A stretch of 64,000 nucleotides of DNA from Eledone cirrhosa. Taxonomy: Eukaryota. Position numbers and translations under genes: made by a program. The notes beneath the pieces are model-generated. The model was not told the DNA's origin and did no database searches. It saw only the letters and a list, made by a program, of their open reading frames with translations. Shown here piece after piece: positions 26,551 through 40,330 of this stretch (positions are counted from its first letter, which is position 1; each line of letters starts with the position of its first letter). The stretch lies in assembly GCA_964016885.1 (NCBI GenBank), contig OZ024742.1, forward strand, positions 324,260,001-324,324,000, in the 5' to 3' direction.

Positions 26551-26730
26551 AATAATTGTTTCTACTTTAGGCACAAGGCCAGCAATTACCCAGTACATTA
26601 CTGGTACTTTATTTTATCGACCCCGTAAGGATGAAAGGCAAAGTTAACCTCGGCGGGATTTGAACTCAGACTGTAAAGGGACGTAACTATGCTAGAAAAC
26701 ATGGCGTCCAACCCTCTACCGTTACTGCCA
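26551..26730 (-). mobile_element. SINE family A (internal-deletion subfamily)
   Basis: Reverse complement of 27038-27215. Confidence 0.8.
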
Positions 26731-27037
26731 ATGGATTACAATAATGATGGAAGATATTTCGATAAATATTTCCAAACAACTTCTTATGTATCATCAAAAC
26801 AGGGGCGGTTTCCGGTGGTTTCGTATACAAATATATTTATTATCACTTCTGCTTCTATATTACTGAAATATATTAATTTCCCACTAAATTATAAAAAACT
26901 CTCTTCTTAAAATGTCTTCCTTCATTTTATATTCTTCTCGTCTGCTCCTTTCTCTTCTCTCTCTCATCTCTCTCTTCCTTTCTCCCTCCACCCTCTCTCT
27001 CTATGTGTCTGACTATTTTATATCAGCATTATTTCTT

Positions 27038-27557
27038 TGGCAGTATCGGTAGAGCGTCGGACGCCATGCTTTCCAGCATAGTTACGTCCCTTTACGATCT
27101 GAGTTCAAATCCCGCCGAGGTTAACTTTGCCTTTCATCCTTACGGGGTCGATAAAATAAAGTACCAGTAATGCACTGGTTAATTGCTGGCCTTGTGCCAA
27201 AAGTAGAAACAATTATTTCCTTCGGTTGGCAGTAATGGTAGAGCGTCGGACACCATGCTTTGCAACATAGAGTTACGGCCTTTTACGGTCTGAGTTCAAA
27301 TCCCGCCGAGGTTAACTTTGCCTTTCATCCTTACGAGGTCGATAAAATAAAGTACCAGTAATGCACTGGGGTTGATTAAATTGATCCCCCCCTCCCTCCA
27401 AATTGTTGGCCTTGTGCCCACAGTAGAAATTATTTCTGTTAGCTATGCCTCTTATCCACATTAGGTCGATGAATCAAAGTGCCAGTAACGTACTGGGTCC
27501 GATTTAATCGACTCCCCCCTCCAAATTACTGGCCTTGTGCTAAAAGTAGAAACAATT
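27038..27557 (+). mobile_element. Three tandem SINE family A copies
   Basis: TTGGCAGTA..GGTAGAGCGTCGGAC..GAGTTCAAATCCCGCCGAGG at 27038 and 27226; partial third copy from about 27445. Confidence 0.85.
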
Positions 27558-28054
27558 CTTTCCTTCTGTTGATTATTTCATCACTGTTACTTAATCTCTC
27601 CTTCATTTACTCTTCGATTGCTTTCTTCCCTCTCTTTTCTTTCTCTCATTCTTTCACTCTATATATATCTTTCTACTCCTTTAACGCTTCCTTTCCCTAT
27701 TACTCCTTCGTCATAACCTACCTCTCACACTCACTGTTACTTAATCACTCTCACGCCCACACTTCTACTCCTTCTCCCATCACTTTTCTCTCTTTCCTTA
27801 TTTTACTCTTTATATAATATATCTCACTACTCCTTTCTCGATGTTTCTTCTCTCTAATACGCATCCTCCCTGCTCCTTACCTACCACACACCTCAATATA
27901 TATATGTATATTTACAGACACGCACAAACATCAAAGGTATGTAATTATATTAGTTACTCTTTGATATTAAATGAATAATTAGGGATATTACAGAAATGGA
28001 TTTGATTATAATTTCATAAAATGATAAACTTTCTCCCATAATTGAATTTAACGT

Positions 28055-28168
28055 ATCATCATCATCATTATCATCATCATAATCTTCATCATCATCACCG
28101 TAATCATCTTCATCATCGTTGTTATCATCATCATCATTGCCATCATCGTCATTGTCGTCATCTTCATC

Positions 28169-28200
<32 letters not shown>

Positions 28201-28225
28201 CATCATCATCGCCTTCATTATCGTC
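28055..28225. repeat. Degenerate (TCA)n microsatellite
   Basis: Direct reading; gives poly-H/D/M ORFs. Confidence 0.9.
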
Positions 28226-28539
28226 ATTATTCTCCCCCTCCTCATCTCTCAATATCATCTACAACTAACTCCGACTGTCATTCCCTCAATCACAATCAGT
28301 ATAAAGGCAATCAGGCTACCCGAGGGCAACTAGGAAGCTGCTAACCTCCGTAAAGAAGAGAACAAAATATGAGTTGGCCACATGACAGGTTCTGCTGGAT
28401 TAACGAAGGCCGCCCCCGAGAAATATTTCAGGGGAAAAGAAGGGGATGCCAGATGTAAGAAAATAATATAAAATAGACATATAGCGTCAAGGAATGAACG
28501 TTTTAAGCAGAGGTTCGCAGCAAAGATGGATGGAGCGAA

Positions 28540-28740
28540 GTGGTAGACTATTTCACCTGGCAGCACTCCCACGACTCTGGAGTGTAACGGTATCGGTAAG
28601 GGTAACGGTAATAGATTGTAGAATTCGGAATGGCTCTTCCAGCGCATCTCCCTTACCATCCTCCGGGGAAACGCATTCTCCATTCTGTCCACCGAGGCTG
28701 TAGGGAGGACAGCACGTGGGACCCCATTTGCTCACCATAC
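28540..28740 (+). mobile_element. CRE-clade 3' fragment
   Basis: GAATGGCTCTTCCAGCGCATCTCCCTTACCATCCTCCGGGGAAACGC (EWLFQRISLTILRGNA), homologous to 362-430. Confidence 0.65.
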
Positions 28741-30009
28741 AGAGAGATGGGGAGGGCAAGAGAGATATAGGTGATGACAGTGGGAGTTCGGCTCTTCCAC
28801 GTTCGGACCATATCCTTCTGGTTGTGTTTATTATCTATATAGAAAATTATTTATTTCCCTTCTTATATTTGAAATTTACCACTACTCCTCAGTAACGAAC
28901 ACCTCAGCCATATCAACAAAGAATTTCTTTATTTTTATATAAACATAATTTTTTTGTGAGGGAGTCTTTAATTTTCTCCCTGTTAGCATGATGCTCTATT
29001 CTTCCCTTTTTCCAGTTTACCAAACAGTTTTACACTGCTCTTTTGAACAACCAACAAAACCTTTCTGGTTCCCTTTCAATAGGTGATATTTCACTGTCAC
29101 GGGCTCCCATAGTGACTAGAACCTTAGGCTCCATCTCCACCGACGAGACTTTAGTGTATGTATGTATTTAATTCTATATTATTTAAGTTCAGCCTGAATC
29201 CAGATAAATAGACGGCTAACACCAATGTATTGACCGGTAAAGGCTTCGCGACAACCCAAATCTTGTGTGGCAGTAAAGATGGATGGTCGAAAAGGTGAAA
29301 AGCAAAGTTTCCCTCGACGGGATTTGAACGGAGGGAGCAGAGAGCTAGAACGAATATGACAAAGCAATCTGCCCGACGTTCTGACGCCCCGGCCAATTCG
29401 CCACCATCGATGATAACATATACTAAACGGTTATTAGTGGTGTGTCAGGGTTTTAGAGAGGGGGATCCTGAGCAGAGTGGAAGAGGATGAAGGGGATCCT
29501 GGATAGTATGTTAGGGTTAGGATTTAAGAGGAGCCGAGCTGGTCCTGGATAGAGTAGATGTAGGGTGTATATTGATGCTGAGAATCGCTAATACGGCGGC
29601 GGGATAATGGAGGGGAGCATATATATTGTTGAGGTGATGGGGAGAATAGTCACAATGTAGGGACTATTTACAAATAATAACAAATTTACCACTAACCCAT
29701 GATCTGCAAGTGAAAAGATATTGACGAGACACAACATATCGATTAGTCAAGAAGAAAGAGAAGAGATAGAGAATATGCAAACGTTAATAAAATGATTATC
29801 AGTTTGTTTGGACGTTAAATCCTAAAATGACTGATACAACGGGCCTCGTCAATATCTTTTCGGTTGCCGATTATGGATTAGTGGCAAATTTGCTATTATT
29901 TGTAAATAGTCGTTATGACTATCGTCTTGTCTTTTATCCATTTGTTACTGTCCCTTGTGTACTAGAGCCAGTTGTATCGATCTTTAAGAACCGAAACAAC
30001 GTATCTCTA

Positions 30010-30150
30010 GTGGTCGACAGATAGAACGTCGGAGAAAATACGTTGCGATATTCGTTCCGGCTTAAGTTCAAATTCCGCCGAGGTCAACTTTGCTTTACAA
30101 ACATTCGAGGTCGCTAAAAAAATGTACCAGTCTGGTACTAGAGTCGATTT
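30010..30150 (+). mobile_element. SINE family A-related, diverged
   Basis: TAAGTTCAAATTCCGCCGAGGTCAACTTTGC..GTACCAG. Confidence 0.6.
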
Positions 30151-30934
30151 TCTTCTATGTCTCTTTCTCACTTCCTTTCTCCCTCTCTCTATCCTTTTCT
30201 GAAAGATATCTGCTGTATTCAGACTTGGAGAGGAGATGTACTCCGCCATGTTTAGAAATACCGCATGTCAATATGGCGACGCTCTTCTCCTTCAGGAGTT
30301 ACGTGACCATACATATATATATTTACATATTTGTCATCGCTGTGTGGCTCAGCTTCACACAGACACAGACAGACAGACAGCCACACACACATATATATAT
30401 ATATACACATATATATGTGTGTGTGGCATATATATATATGTGTGTGTGGCATATATATATACGTATAAATATATATATATATATGTATAAATATATACAC
30501 ACACACACACAAGCGTATACATACGCACATATACACACATACTCCATGTATCAATTATTTCCTTTTTCGCATGCTTCATCATGCAAAGAGGACATCGTAA
30601 ATTGTTTATCTTTCCATATTTTCCCTTTATTATTGTTTCATTTTGTTGTCATCCATTTATATATTTTAAAGCAATATTTAAAAAAAAAGAAAGAAAAAAC
30701 ACAACAAAAAAATCAGACAAAAATCATACTAAACACTTTATTTCTCACCGGTATTACACTACCAAACCTCCGCCCTTTCCTCTCACTTCCTCATGACCAA
30801 ATTGTTTTTAAATGAAAGCTGCTGGAAAGAAATGTACCACAATGCAATTTGTCACCAATTTTCCTTATAATATTCCCAGCTTGACATCGTTGTAACTGTT
30901 ATATAAAAGATATAAAAACATTTTCGAAGTCATA

Positions 30935-31062
30935 ATAATTGTTTCTACTTTTTGGCACAAGGCCAGCAATTATCCCAGTGTATTACTGGTACTTTATTTT
31001 ATCGACCCCGTAAGGATGAAAGCCAAAGTTAACCTCGGCGGGATTTGAACTCAGACCATAAG
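30935..31062 (-). mobile_element. SINE family A 3' part (deletion subfamily)
   Basis: Matches 26551-26680. Confidence 0.75.
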
Positions 31063-31165
31063 GGAATAATGATAAAAAACAATATGATGAGAAAAATATA
31101 CTGCGTTGGTTTTACCTGCTAACTGGCATAAGGCAGAAACACAAAACAAAACACAATTAATATGA

Positions 31166-31640
31166 CTTGTTTATTAGCTACATAGGGCTCACATTAAGAA
31201 AACATTAAAGACTGCACAAGACGGTACAGTGTGTTTTTTTGCGTAAAATAAAAAAATAACAATAACAAAGACTTAAAAAATAAACATAAAAAAAATCAAA
31301 CATAATAAATTCTCCAAAAGTGGGGAGACCTTCGAGAATTACTCGTGGAAAAGTCCACAAAAAGCCACGGTCACCCTGATTTTCCTCTTCAAATGAAACC
31401 TGAGAAAGTTAATCAGGGCTTCGGCGAAGAGAAATTTGCTTGTCTTGAACCCTTTCAAAGGCGTCCTCTACACGACCTCTTTCGCCATGGCCACCAGGCA
31501 GGTAAAAACTGCCTGTCCTTCCCCTCTAAAGGAAGGCGGCGGGATGATCTTCTCAATGGACCTAGTTGATAGTCGGATGTGTCCCACACACGACAGTCGG
31601 TGTTCTACATAAACCCACAATATTCGGACACTCGATTGCA
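31166..31640 (-). mobile_element. Tx1/L1-clade 3' fragment (related subfamily)
   Basis: Reverse complement LWVYVEHRLSCVGHIRLSTRSIEKIIPPPSF..CLVAMAKEVV is homologous to copies A and B; ends GCTAATAAAC. Confidence 0.75.
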
Positions 31641-31732
31641 TTTAACACAGTGATTCTCTCCAGTTATCAATATAACATTGTGATATCCTGACACATACAT
31701 ATATAAGTACATACATACATATACACATACAT

Positions 31733-32245
31733 ACAAACGAGGAAGAATATATTGAGACATATGGCACTAAGGAATACTTGTGGAACCTGAAAATAAAAAC
31801 TGCCACCAAATTAAAGCACAACCGGCCTGATATTGTTGTTTGGGACCACACATTGAAAACGTGTTCTGTTGTGGAGATCAGCTGCCCACTTGATGTAAAC
31901 GTTGTCAGAAAAATACAGGAGTAGGAGGACATCTACGGACCATTGATGAGGAGTTTACAAATCCAGTATCCAAGATACACCTTTAGCTTCATACCCATCA
32001 TTATTGGAGCTGCGGGTTATATACCAACCCGCTTGGACCAAAGTATGACTGAACTTGGATTTTCGGATAAAGAGCGCAGCTCCCTAATTCATAGTCTGCA
32101 AATGGTTGCGTTAGCTGGCACCTTCAAAATTTGCAAAACATTCTTGCGATTCAAGGGATGACAATTTCTTTTCTTTTACAACCTTGCCACCAGGAAGGTG
32201 GCCGGTCAAAATAAATATATATTCGAAATTGAGAGAAAGTGATAA
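31733..32245 (+). mobile_element. R4/Dong-like RLE non-LTR element, 5'-truncated, within (CATA)n
   Basis: KHNRPDIVVWD..VVEISCP..IIIGAAG; near-identical to 62725-63236 on the minus strand. Confidence 0.85.
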
Positions 32246-32339
32246 CATACATACATACATACATACATACATACATACATACATACATACATGCATACAT
32301 ACATACATACATACATACATACATAAGTATATACATACA

Positions 32340-33440
32340 TATATGATGGCTGCCCCCTCGTTATCAAGTATGGCCATTGCAAGATATAACATTATTAATA
32401 ATTATCAATTAATGCTATCGTGCAATGCCTGTACGTTAAGATTTTTTTAAAGTGAGGAAAGACTGTGCCAATCCAACTCTTTGAGCGACAGCAGCTATAA
32501 CCCGAGAAGAAGAAAAGATCAACATCATCGGTAACTACTGAGCTGCAGGTTTTATGTCGGAGTTATCCGAGTTTCCTGAGTTACCTTCTCCTAGAAGAAT
32601 GGCCTGACAAAGGCTAGGGGGTCCTTCACTCCCAGTGGTTTAACCGCGCGATCGGATATCCAGCCCGATTATTTCTATGTCCCCGCGCATATACATACAC
32701 ATGCATACATATATATACATACATACATGGTGGCTGCCAACTCGTTTTCGAGTACGGCCTCTACTTTATATCCATGTAGAAGAACCCCTACCGATGCGCT
32801 GAACGAGTGTGACTTTTTAGTCCAGCCAGCGACTTGAAAATTCTGGCACAAACACTACACTTGTGACAATTATTGACACATAGTGCTGGGCCCTTGGTAC
32901 CATGTGACGACAAGTGTAGAGAGATCTCCAGATATAAAGCAATGCCTCTGCCGTTAAGCTTTTATAGTGAGCAAAGGCACTGCACAAAGCCAGTCCCACT
33001 CTCTTAACCAAGATGATATTTACCAAAAAGAAGAACAAGTCAACATAATTGGATACCATCAGGGTTGCAGGTGTTATATCAGAGTTTTCCTTCTCCTAGA
33101 ATTCTGCCTTGACATACATACATACATACATACATACATACATGATGGCTGCAACTCGATTTCGAATAATGTCATTGCATGATACTTAAGCATGAGTATT
33201 ACGGACGTGGCTTTTTACTCCCGCTAGGGACTTCTCTATGATCAGCAATACCATGCTTCTCAAAAAATGTCACATATCAAGCGATGCCTGTGCTTCAAGC
33301 TCTTTTAAGTGAAGAAAGGCTCTGCGCGTGGCCAATCCCACTCTGAAGAACTGGTCAACATCATTAGATGTAAACGAAGTCGCAGGTTTTATATTAGAGT
33401 GACTTTCTCATAGAGAGATGTCTTAATGAAGACTAAGAGT
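32340..33440 (-). mobile_element. Cluster of three bipartite RTE-derived short elements separated by (CATA)n
   Basis: Copies at about 32340-32690, 32725-33113 and 33140-33440; reverse complement has RTE-5'UTR-like CTAGGAGAAGG(A/T)AACTC (best seen in the first two) and an RTE-3'-like ..CGAG..GGCAGCCA(T/C)CAT end plus (TATG)n. Confidence 0.65.
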
Positions 33441-33610
33441 CTTTGCCCCCCCCATACATATATCCACTCACAGGCGCCCCCACACACACTTATAAAAAGC
33501 TGATCATAGATGAAACTACGAAGTTACTGTTAACCTTTTCAATGTTAAAATACATTCCACACTCTATTTATATTTATCGAGTGTTTTTTTTCAATTAATG
33601 CCTAACTGCT

Positions 33611-33681
33611 TACGCACGAATATACACGAAGCCCGCACATTAATATAAGTTTGTATATATGTATGCATGTATGTATATATG

Positions 33682-33769
<88 letters not shown>

Positions 33770-33804
33770 TATATATATATGTATATACGTATATATATAC
33801 TTAT

Positions 33805-33836
<32 letters not shown>

Positions 33837-33853
33837 ACGTATATATATATATA

Positions 33854-33941
<88 letters not shown>

Positions 33942-34020
33942 CATATATTCATACATACATACATACATGGATACATATACAAACTTATATTAATGTGCGG
34001 GCTTCGTGTATATTCGTGCG

Positions 34021-34022
<2 letters not shown>
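33611..34022. repeat. About 46-bp inverted repeats enclosing (TA)n-rich DNA (MITE-like)
   Basis: TACGCACGAATATACACGAAGCCCGCACATTAATATAAGTTTGTAT and its reverse complement at about 33977-34022. Confidence 0.85.
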
Positions 34023-34058
<36 letters not shown>

Positions 34059-35504
34059 TATGTACACGCGTACGCACTCACACCCATATAGAAAATGTTA
34101 GCAAACAATTTTATTTACTATTTACTTAATCGCATACGTGTATCGTATATGTTAGGTTTTCCCTTTTTATTTACACATCAGATTAGTAAAAATTGTATAT
34201 ATCCCACTTATATGTAATATTATTTGAATAGGTGAAAAATAAATCCTCTACAGTCCGTAGGCATTAGATGAGGATAACGTATGATTATCAACATTCGATG
34301 TCCTTTTGTCATTTTTTTGTTTGTTCTGGAATATTATCTAAAAACAGTGTATGTGTTTCTTGGGAGGTGTACGGCAAGTCAGTTGATATTTGGATTTTGG
34401 TTCTTGTAAATAGGGATGCGAATTGATACAATGGCTTACTTCACCACATATTTAGCAATCATTTTGTACCTATAGCAAAAACATTAACAACGTTAAGAAG
34501 GAATTACGAGGAAACGTCAACATCACCACTCAACATGCTCTAAAAATAGCCACCTACTTTCACAGCGAGACTAAATTCTTATTTGTAGAGATGTAAGTGT
34601 TGTTTTTTTATGAATCATCGCAGGGATGCATCATATAAAGGTTACGATTCTAAGACATTTTAAAAGCTAGACAGATATCCGGACATATCAATGGTCTATA
34701 AATCACTTATGAGTATTTTTATTCATTGTTTAGTCTATGATGATAAACAGTGTCCTTGGTCCTTGTTTTAGAGGTTCCAATAAGTGACGGTATCCACAAA
34801 GCAAAAACTTGGCCTGAATGCTTGCAAGAAAGTGGACTCTGCTAAGAACATTGGTTAAAAATGGTTTAAATCTACCTCCACTCGCAAGTAGGCCACAGCA
34901 AGATTTGAACTTAGAACGCCAAGAGCCACAACAAATATCTCGTTCAACGTTCTAAAAAATTTCTCAACCCACTGGCCTAGACAGGCACATTATTTCATCA
35001 ACCCCCACATAGAATGAAAGGTAGAGCTCAACTGACAACTCTGGTCACAGTTGGCGAGACTAAATATAGGAAGCCATTTTACCCTACATTTCACCAATTC
35101 ACCGCCTATACATATTCTAGGTGTATGTAAATTTTTGGCAACGGTTTTTCTTGAAAACCATTTGGAGATAATCAATAATCGAGTTACTAATACTAGTTGG
35201 CGGTAGCAATGAAACAGCGATAAAACAAGTTTATATGTTACATAAACAGCCAACAAGTGCTATTGTAATCATATATAGAATTTACAGACAGTGCAAACAC
35301 ATAGTACACTCATTCAAACCCATATCCATTCAATCACTCATACACTTATACAAGTGAAATATTTATAGCTAATATGCTTCTCTCCCTTATTCCCACACTC
35401 TTATATATATATATATATATTGGGTCGTCAAGTATGAAATATGTAGAAATTTGTTTTTTTCTACAAATTCCTACAAATTTCATAGTTGACGACCCAATAT
35501 ATAT

Positions 35505-36110
35505 ATATAAGTGTATGTATACGTACATACATATATGTATACAGACGTACAGTAGTATGTATATATATATACATACATGCACACATATATATATGTACGT
35601 ATGGATTCACCGAACATTTATTATATGCTCGGTGTGTTTGTAAATAAACATCCCGTATTAAGCCGTTTATCGTTTATCGTTTATCGTTTATCGTTTTGGG
35701 TACCCCGGCCGATTAACTCACTCGATATGCAAATTAGGCTGCTCAGCCGTTAATATGCATAAAAAAAAGTATATACTTTCAGACATTCAACCATCTGGCA
35801 GGAAGGTATACGTTGCTGCCGATAGCTAATAAGCTTAAAACTAGTACAGCGTTCCTTTGTCAGTGTTGAACAAATGAGCAACGATGGTTGCTAGACACTG
35901 TACGGCTTATTTCGGGATGTTTGTTTACAACCACACCGAGCATTATAATAAATGTTCGGTGAATCCATACGTACATATATATATGTGTGCATGTATGTAT
36001 ATATACATACTACTGTACGTCTGTATACATATATGTATGTACGTATACATACTTATATTTAAGTAACAGCAGTACTAAGAGTGAGAAATGACATTTCGTT
36101 TCATTTTTTC
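35505..36110. mobile_element. Fold-back/MITE-like element, long copy
   Basis: Arms about 35505-35665 / 35903-36055; centre with (TTTATCG)4; tail shared with the 23.6-kb copy. Confidence 0.7.
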
Positions 36111-36586
36111 CGTTTATATATATATATATATGTAGGAGGTGAGTTTTATTGTAGTACAATAAAGCAGAATATTCATCCGCAATTCATTATTCTCTTCTCT
36201 CTATCATCAAACTCATTATTCTAATACATATTAACTCCCTCTCCTTCCTCGCACATATTTTTCCCTTCGTTAATTTTCAAATTCTTTTAATTTATACATT
36301 ATCTTCCAACGGTTTTCAACCTCTCTATGTAAAACAATATATCTTTCTGAGTTATAAAAACTATCTCTCTCTCTCTATCACCCATCTCTCCTCCTATCTT
36401 ATCCTTCCTCATTATATTCCTCCCTCTCCACCTTCACTCCCATCTCCTCCTCTTTTTTTCACCCCCCCTCTAAATAAAATTTTTTTTTTCCCAATATCAC
36501 ACATCAATCTAAAACTACTTCTCATATGTTGATTTAAAACTGCACTATCCACAAGTGTTTTTTAGCCTTCATATCATGTCCTCCTG

Positions 36587-36653
36587 TTTTATCTGATGAA
36601 AACACAAATATTATTGCATGATGATGTTTGTTTTTGAAATGCGTATAATAAAA
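36587..36653 (+). ncRNA. Type I hammerhead in the upstream pLTR
   Basis: TTTTAT-CTGATGA-[AAACA..TGTTT]-GAAA-TGCGTA-TA-ATAAAA. Confidence 0.8.
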
Positions 36654-39600
36654 TACATGGAACTCCTTTAACCATCTTTTGTTCTTATATATTATGTATA
36701 CTCCAGTCCTACAAACGGTAGAGTGCTTCTTATCCGATATCTGCATTGCTTTATTGTACTACAATAAAACTCACTTCCTACATTAACTTGCTCCTTAACG
36801 GTTGAGCGCTTACTCTCATATTGGATACCTTTTGATGGTCTTTTACTTCTTCTTCTACAACATGGATTATTATAACATAACCAATTCAACTAAAGACATT
36901 CCTATACCTGGTAAATCTGAATTCACCAAACTTCTAATTGAAAAAACTGACTCCTTCGTAAGAAGACTTAGATGGACAGCCTATTTCTATGACCAGCGCC
37001 TAAAAGGGAACTTCTATACCAAAGAACATAACTTCCTCGATCATCTATTTAATTCTAGAAGAAATCCTCCTTCCAACAAAAATCTAGTGCAATTCGAGGA
37101 AGAGTTAACTAAAATAATAAAAAATCTTAAATTCAAGAGATACCCTTACAAAGGACAAGAGCACCTTGTAAATCTCAAGAACACAATTTCTAACCTAAAT
37201 TCCTCAAAAAATGTTTTAGTCCACTCTGACAAAACCAATAACTTATATGGTATTTCCAAGGATAATTATAACAACCTTATCCTAAAGGAACTTAGGAAAA
37301 AATATCGTAAAACCAACCATGAAAATTTAGAATACATAAACCTTGAAGCCTCTGAGATTATGTCAAAACTTGGCATTGAAAAAAAGACCGAACCATTCCT
37401 CCCAAGAACTCCGAGGATAAATCTCAAGGATCACAAAAAGAATTTTCGCACTGAACTACTTGTTAGATTAATCGGCCCCTCTAAATCTGATCTGGGGTTA
37501 TTAGTAAAGCCATCTTGGATAGAATTATCCCACAGGTTCGTTCTAATTGCTCTTCTTTGAACCTAAATTTATGGTTTGGTACTTCTGAAGTGATTGGCTG
37601 GTTCAACAAATTGAATAATAAAAACAAACTAAAATTTATTCAATTTGATATTGCCAGCTACTATTCCTCCATTTCGCCTTCACTTCTCAATAATGCTCTA
37701 TCTTTCGCACTTAAATATTCTGACATCACCACAGATGAACTTCACATCATTCTCACCGCACGTAAAACCATCCTAGAGTTCAACAACGAATATTGGACCA
37801 GAGCCGATACCTCTAACAACTTCGACATCACAATGGGAGCATCCGATTCATCCCAATTGACTGACTTAATTGGTATCTTTATTTTGAACTCTTTGAGTTG
37901 GAAAATTCCTCAACTTCGCGGTGGAATTTATCGTGACAATGGACTCTTTACTATCTTAAATTGCAATATAGTTAACCTTAATATTATTAAGAACAATATA
38001 CGTAATCTCTTTAACCAACATAACCTAAAAATTGAATTTGATAACAGTATCAAACTAGCTAATTTCTTGGATGTATCTCTTAATCTTGACACTGGCCTAT
38101 ACTACCCTCACCATAAAAACAATGAGAACCTAAATTATGTTAACTTTAAATCTAACCATCCTACTAATATCAAGAATGCTATAGTTAGTAATATTGGAAA
38201 AAGAATATCTAACCTATCTTCTAATAAAAACATCTTTGATGCTAACGCCAATTACTATAATAACGCACTTTCTAAAGCCGGCTATCCTGATAAAATCAAA
38301 TATAGTAAAGAAACAAATTCTAGAAGAACTTACAGTAGAATAATTAATCATGATCATTCCAATAACTTTAATAAAAGACCTAGATACAAAAACATAATCT
38401 GGTATAATGCTCCTTTCTCCATCTCTATTAATAACAATATTCCTAAATTATTCTTTAGTGCCTTAAATAAATGCTTCCCTCCCTCACATATCTATAGTAA
38501 AATATTTAACAAACACCATAACATTTTCTTATTCTACATCCTCCAATATTTCCAACATTATCTCTAAACACAACAATAAAATACTAAATACTAAATCTCT
38601 TCCTTCCAACACTGAATTTCATAATAATAGTAATAGTACTCCCAACGTCATTGTAAACCCTAGGCTAATTTCTGCAAACTCAAATACAACGTCAAACACA
38701 ACTTCGCTAAATGTTCTTAATCCAACTCTAAATCAATAAACTATTATTCCTATCGCAAACAACTTCTCCAATCCAATTCCTTCTATAGATAACACTAGGT
38801 CACTCATTAATAATCTCTCTAATTGCAATTGCAATTGCCCTATTAAAAATAAATGTCCTCCCAACAACCATTGTCTTGATAAAAACTTAATTTATGAATG
38901 TAAAGTTATAACTAACACCAATTCCTTCACCTATTTTGGCTCCACTTCCACCTCTTTTAAAGCTCGTCTCTATAATCATCATTCATCTTTTAAATACAAA
39001 CTTAAAAGAACCAACACGGCTCTCTCAGAACTCATATGGTCCTTGAAAGACAAAAACATTAAATATACCATCTTTTGGAAGAAGGTTTCTTCTGCGTCTT
39101 CTTACTTGAACAGTTCTATATCTAAAATCTGCAATCTCTGCTTAAATGAAAAATTTACCATTATCTCTAATCTAGATTCTATAATAAATAGACGAACTGA
39201 CTTGTTTTCTATCTGCTTGCATAAATTCCATAAAACATTTCACAAAGTATACAGCTAATATTCAATTCTTTATCAATTTAGAATCTTTTTCTCAAAGGCA
39301 CATATACATACACCTCTTTTAAAATATACCCATCTTCCTACCTTATTTCAAAGGGTATTATACACTCTATAATACTTGTTTACTCATTACCCTTACTCTA
39401 TTTTCACCTTGTAAAATCCTTCGTAAACATATACATTTGTTTTGACGCCAGATTATTCATCCTTAATTCATTATTTTTTTCTCCCTATCATGTAACTCAT
39501 TCTCAATACATATTAACTTTTTCTTCGCACATATTATCAATTCCTTCAATATACAAACCTTAACTTCACATTATTTTTCTCAAATCCTTCAATATATAAA

Positions 39601-40099
39601 CCTTAACTTTACATTTTTTTCTCTTCGTTAATTTTCAAATTTCCATAATACTTGTAAACATACACTTTTTTTGACGTGAGAATATTCATCCGCAATTCAT
39701 TATTCTCTTCTCTCTATCATCAAACTCATTATTCTAATACATATTAACTCCCTCTCCTTCCTCGCACATATTTTTCTCTTCGTTAATTTTCAAATTCTTT
39801 TAATTTATACATTATCTTCCAACGGTTTTCAACCTCTCTATGTAAAACAATATATCTTTCTCAGTTATAAAAACTATCTCTCTCTCTCTATCACCCATCT
39901 CTCCTCCTATCTTATCCTTCCTCATTATATTCCTCCCTCTCCACCTTCACTCCCATCTCCTCCTCTTTTTTTCACCCCCCCTCTAAATAAAATTTTTTTT
40001 TTCCCAATATCACACATCAATCTAAAACTACTTCTCATATGTTGATTTAAAACTGCACTATCCACAAGTGTTTTTTAGCCTTCATATCATGTCCTCCTG

Positions 40100-40166
40100 T
40101 TTTATCTGATGAAAACACAAATATTATTGCATGATGATGTTTGTTTTTGAAATGCGCATAATAAAA
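40100..40166 (+). ncRNA. Type I hammerhead in the downstream pLTR
   Basis: TTTTAT-CTGATGA-stem II-GAAA-TGCGCA-TA-ATAAAA (palindromic stem III). Confidence 0.82.
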
Positions 40167-40236
40167 TACATGGAACTCCTTTAACCATCTTTTGTTCTTA
40201 TATATATATATATATATATATATAGGAACCAGTAAG

Positions 40237-40330
40237 ACCCCGACAGCTGAGCTCAAGCCGTTTCGACGGCTAATTCTGGACTAAATGAAAATTTATCCTC
40301 GTATTTAAATAGCCGATCTTCTCAAGGGAT
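40237..40330 (-). ncRNA. Type I hammerhead, U3-A8 core variant
   Basis: ATCCC-TTGAGAA-GATCGGCTA..TAGCCGTC-GAAA-CGGCTTGAGCTCAGCTG-TC-GGGGT. Confidence 0.72.

Larger units (their letters stand above)
36166..40204 (+). mobile_element. Near-complete Naiad-type Penelope-like element with direct pLTRs (36166-36692, 39679-40204); disrupted ORF about 36860-39258
   Basis: STKDIPIP..LIEKTDSFVRRLRW, SDKT, LKDHKKNF, FIQFDIASYY, ITMGA, IYRDNGL, FLDVSL, CNC..CP, LIYEC..YFGST, CNLCLNEK..CLH; about 525-bp near-identical direct repeats. Confidence 0.92.
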
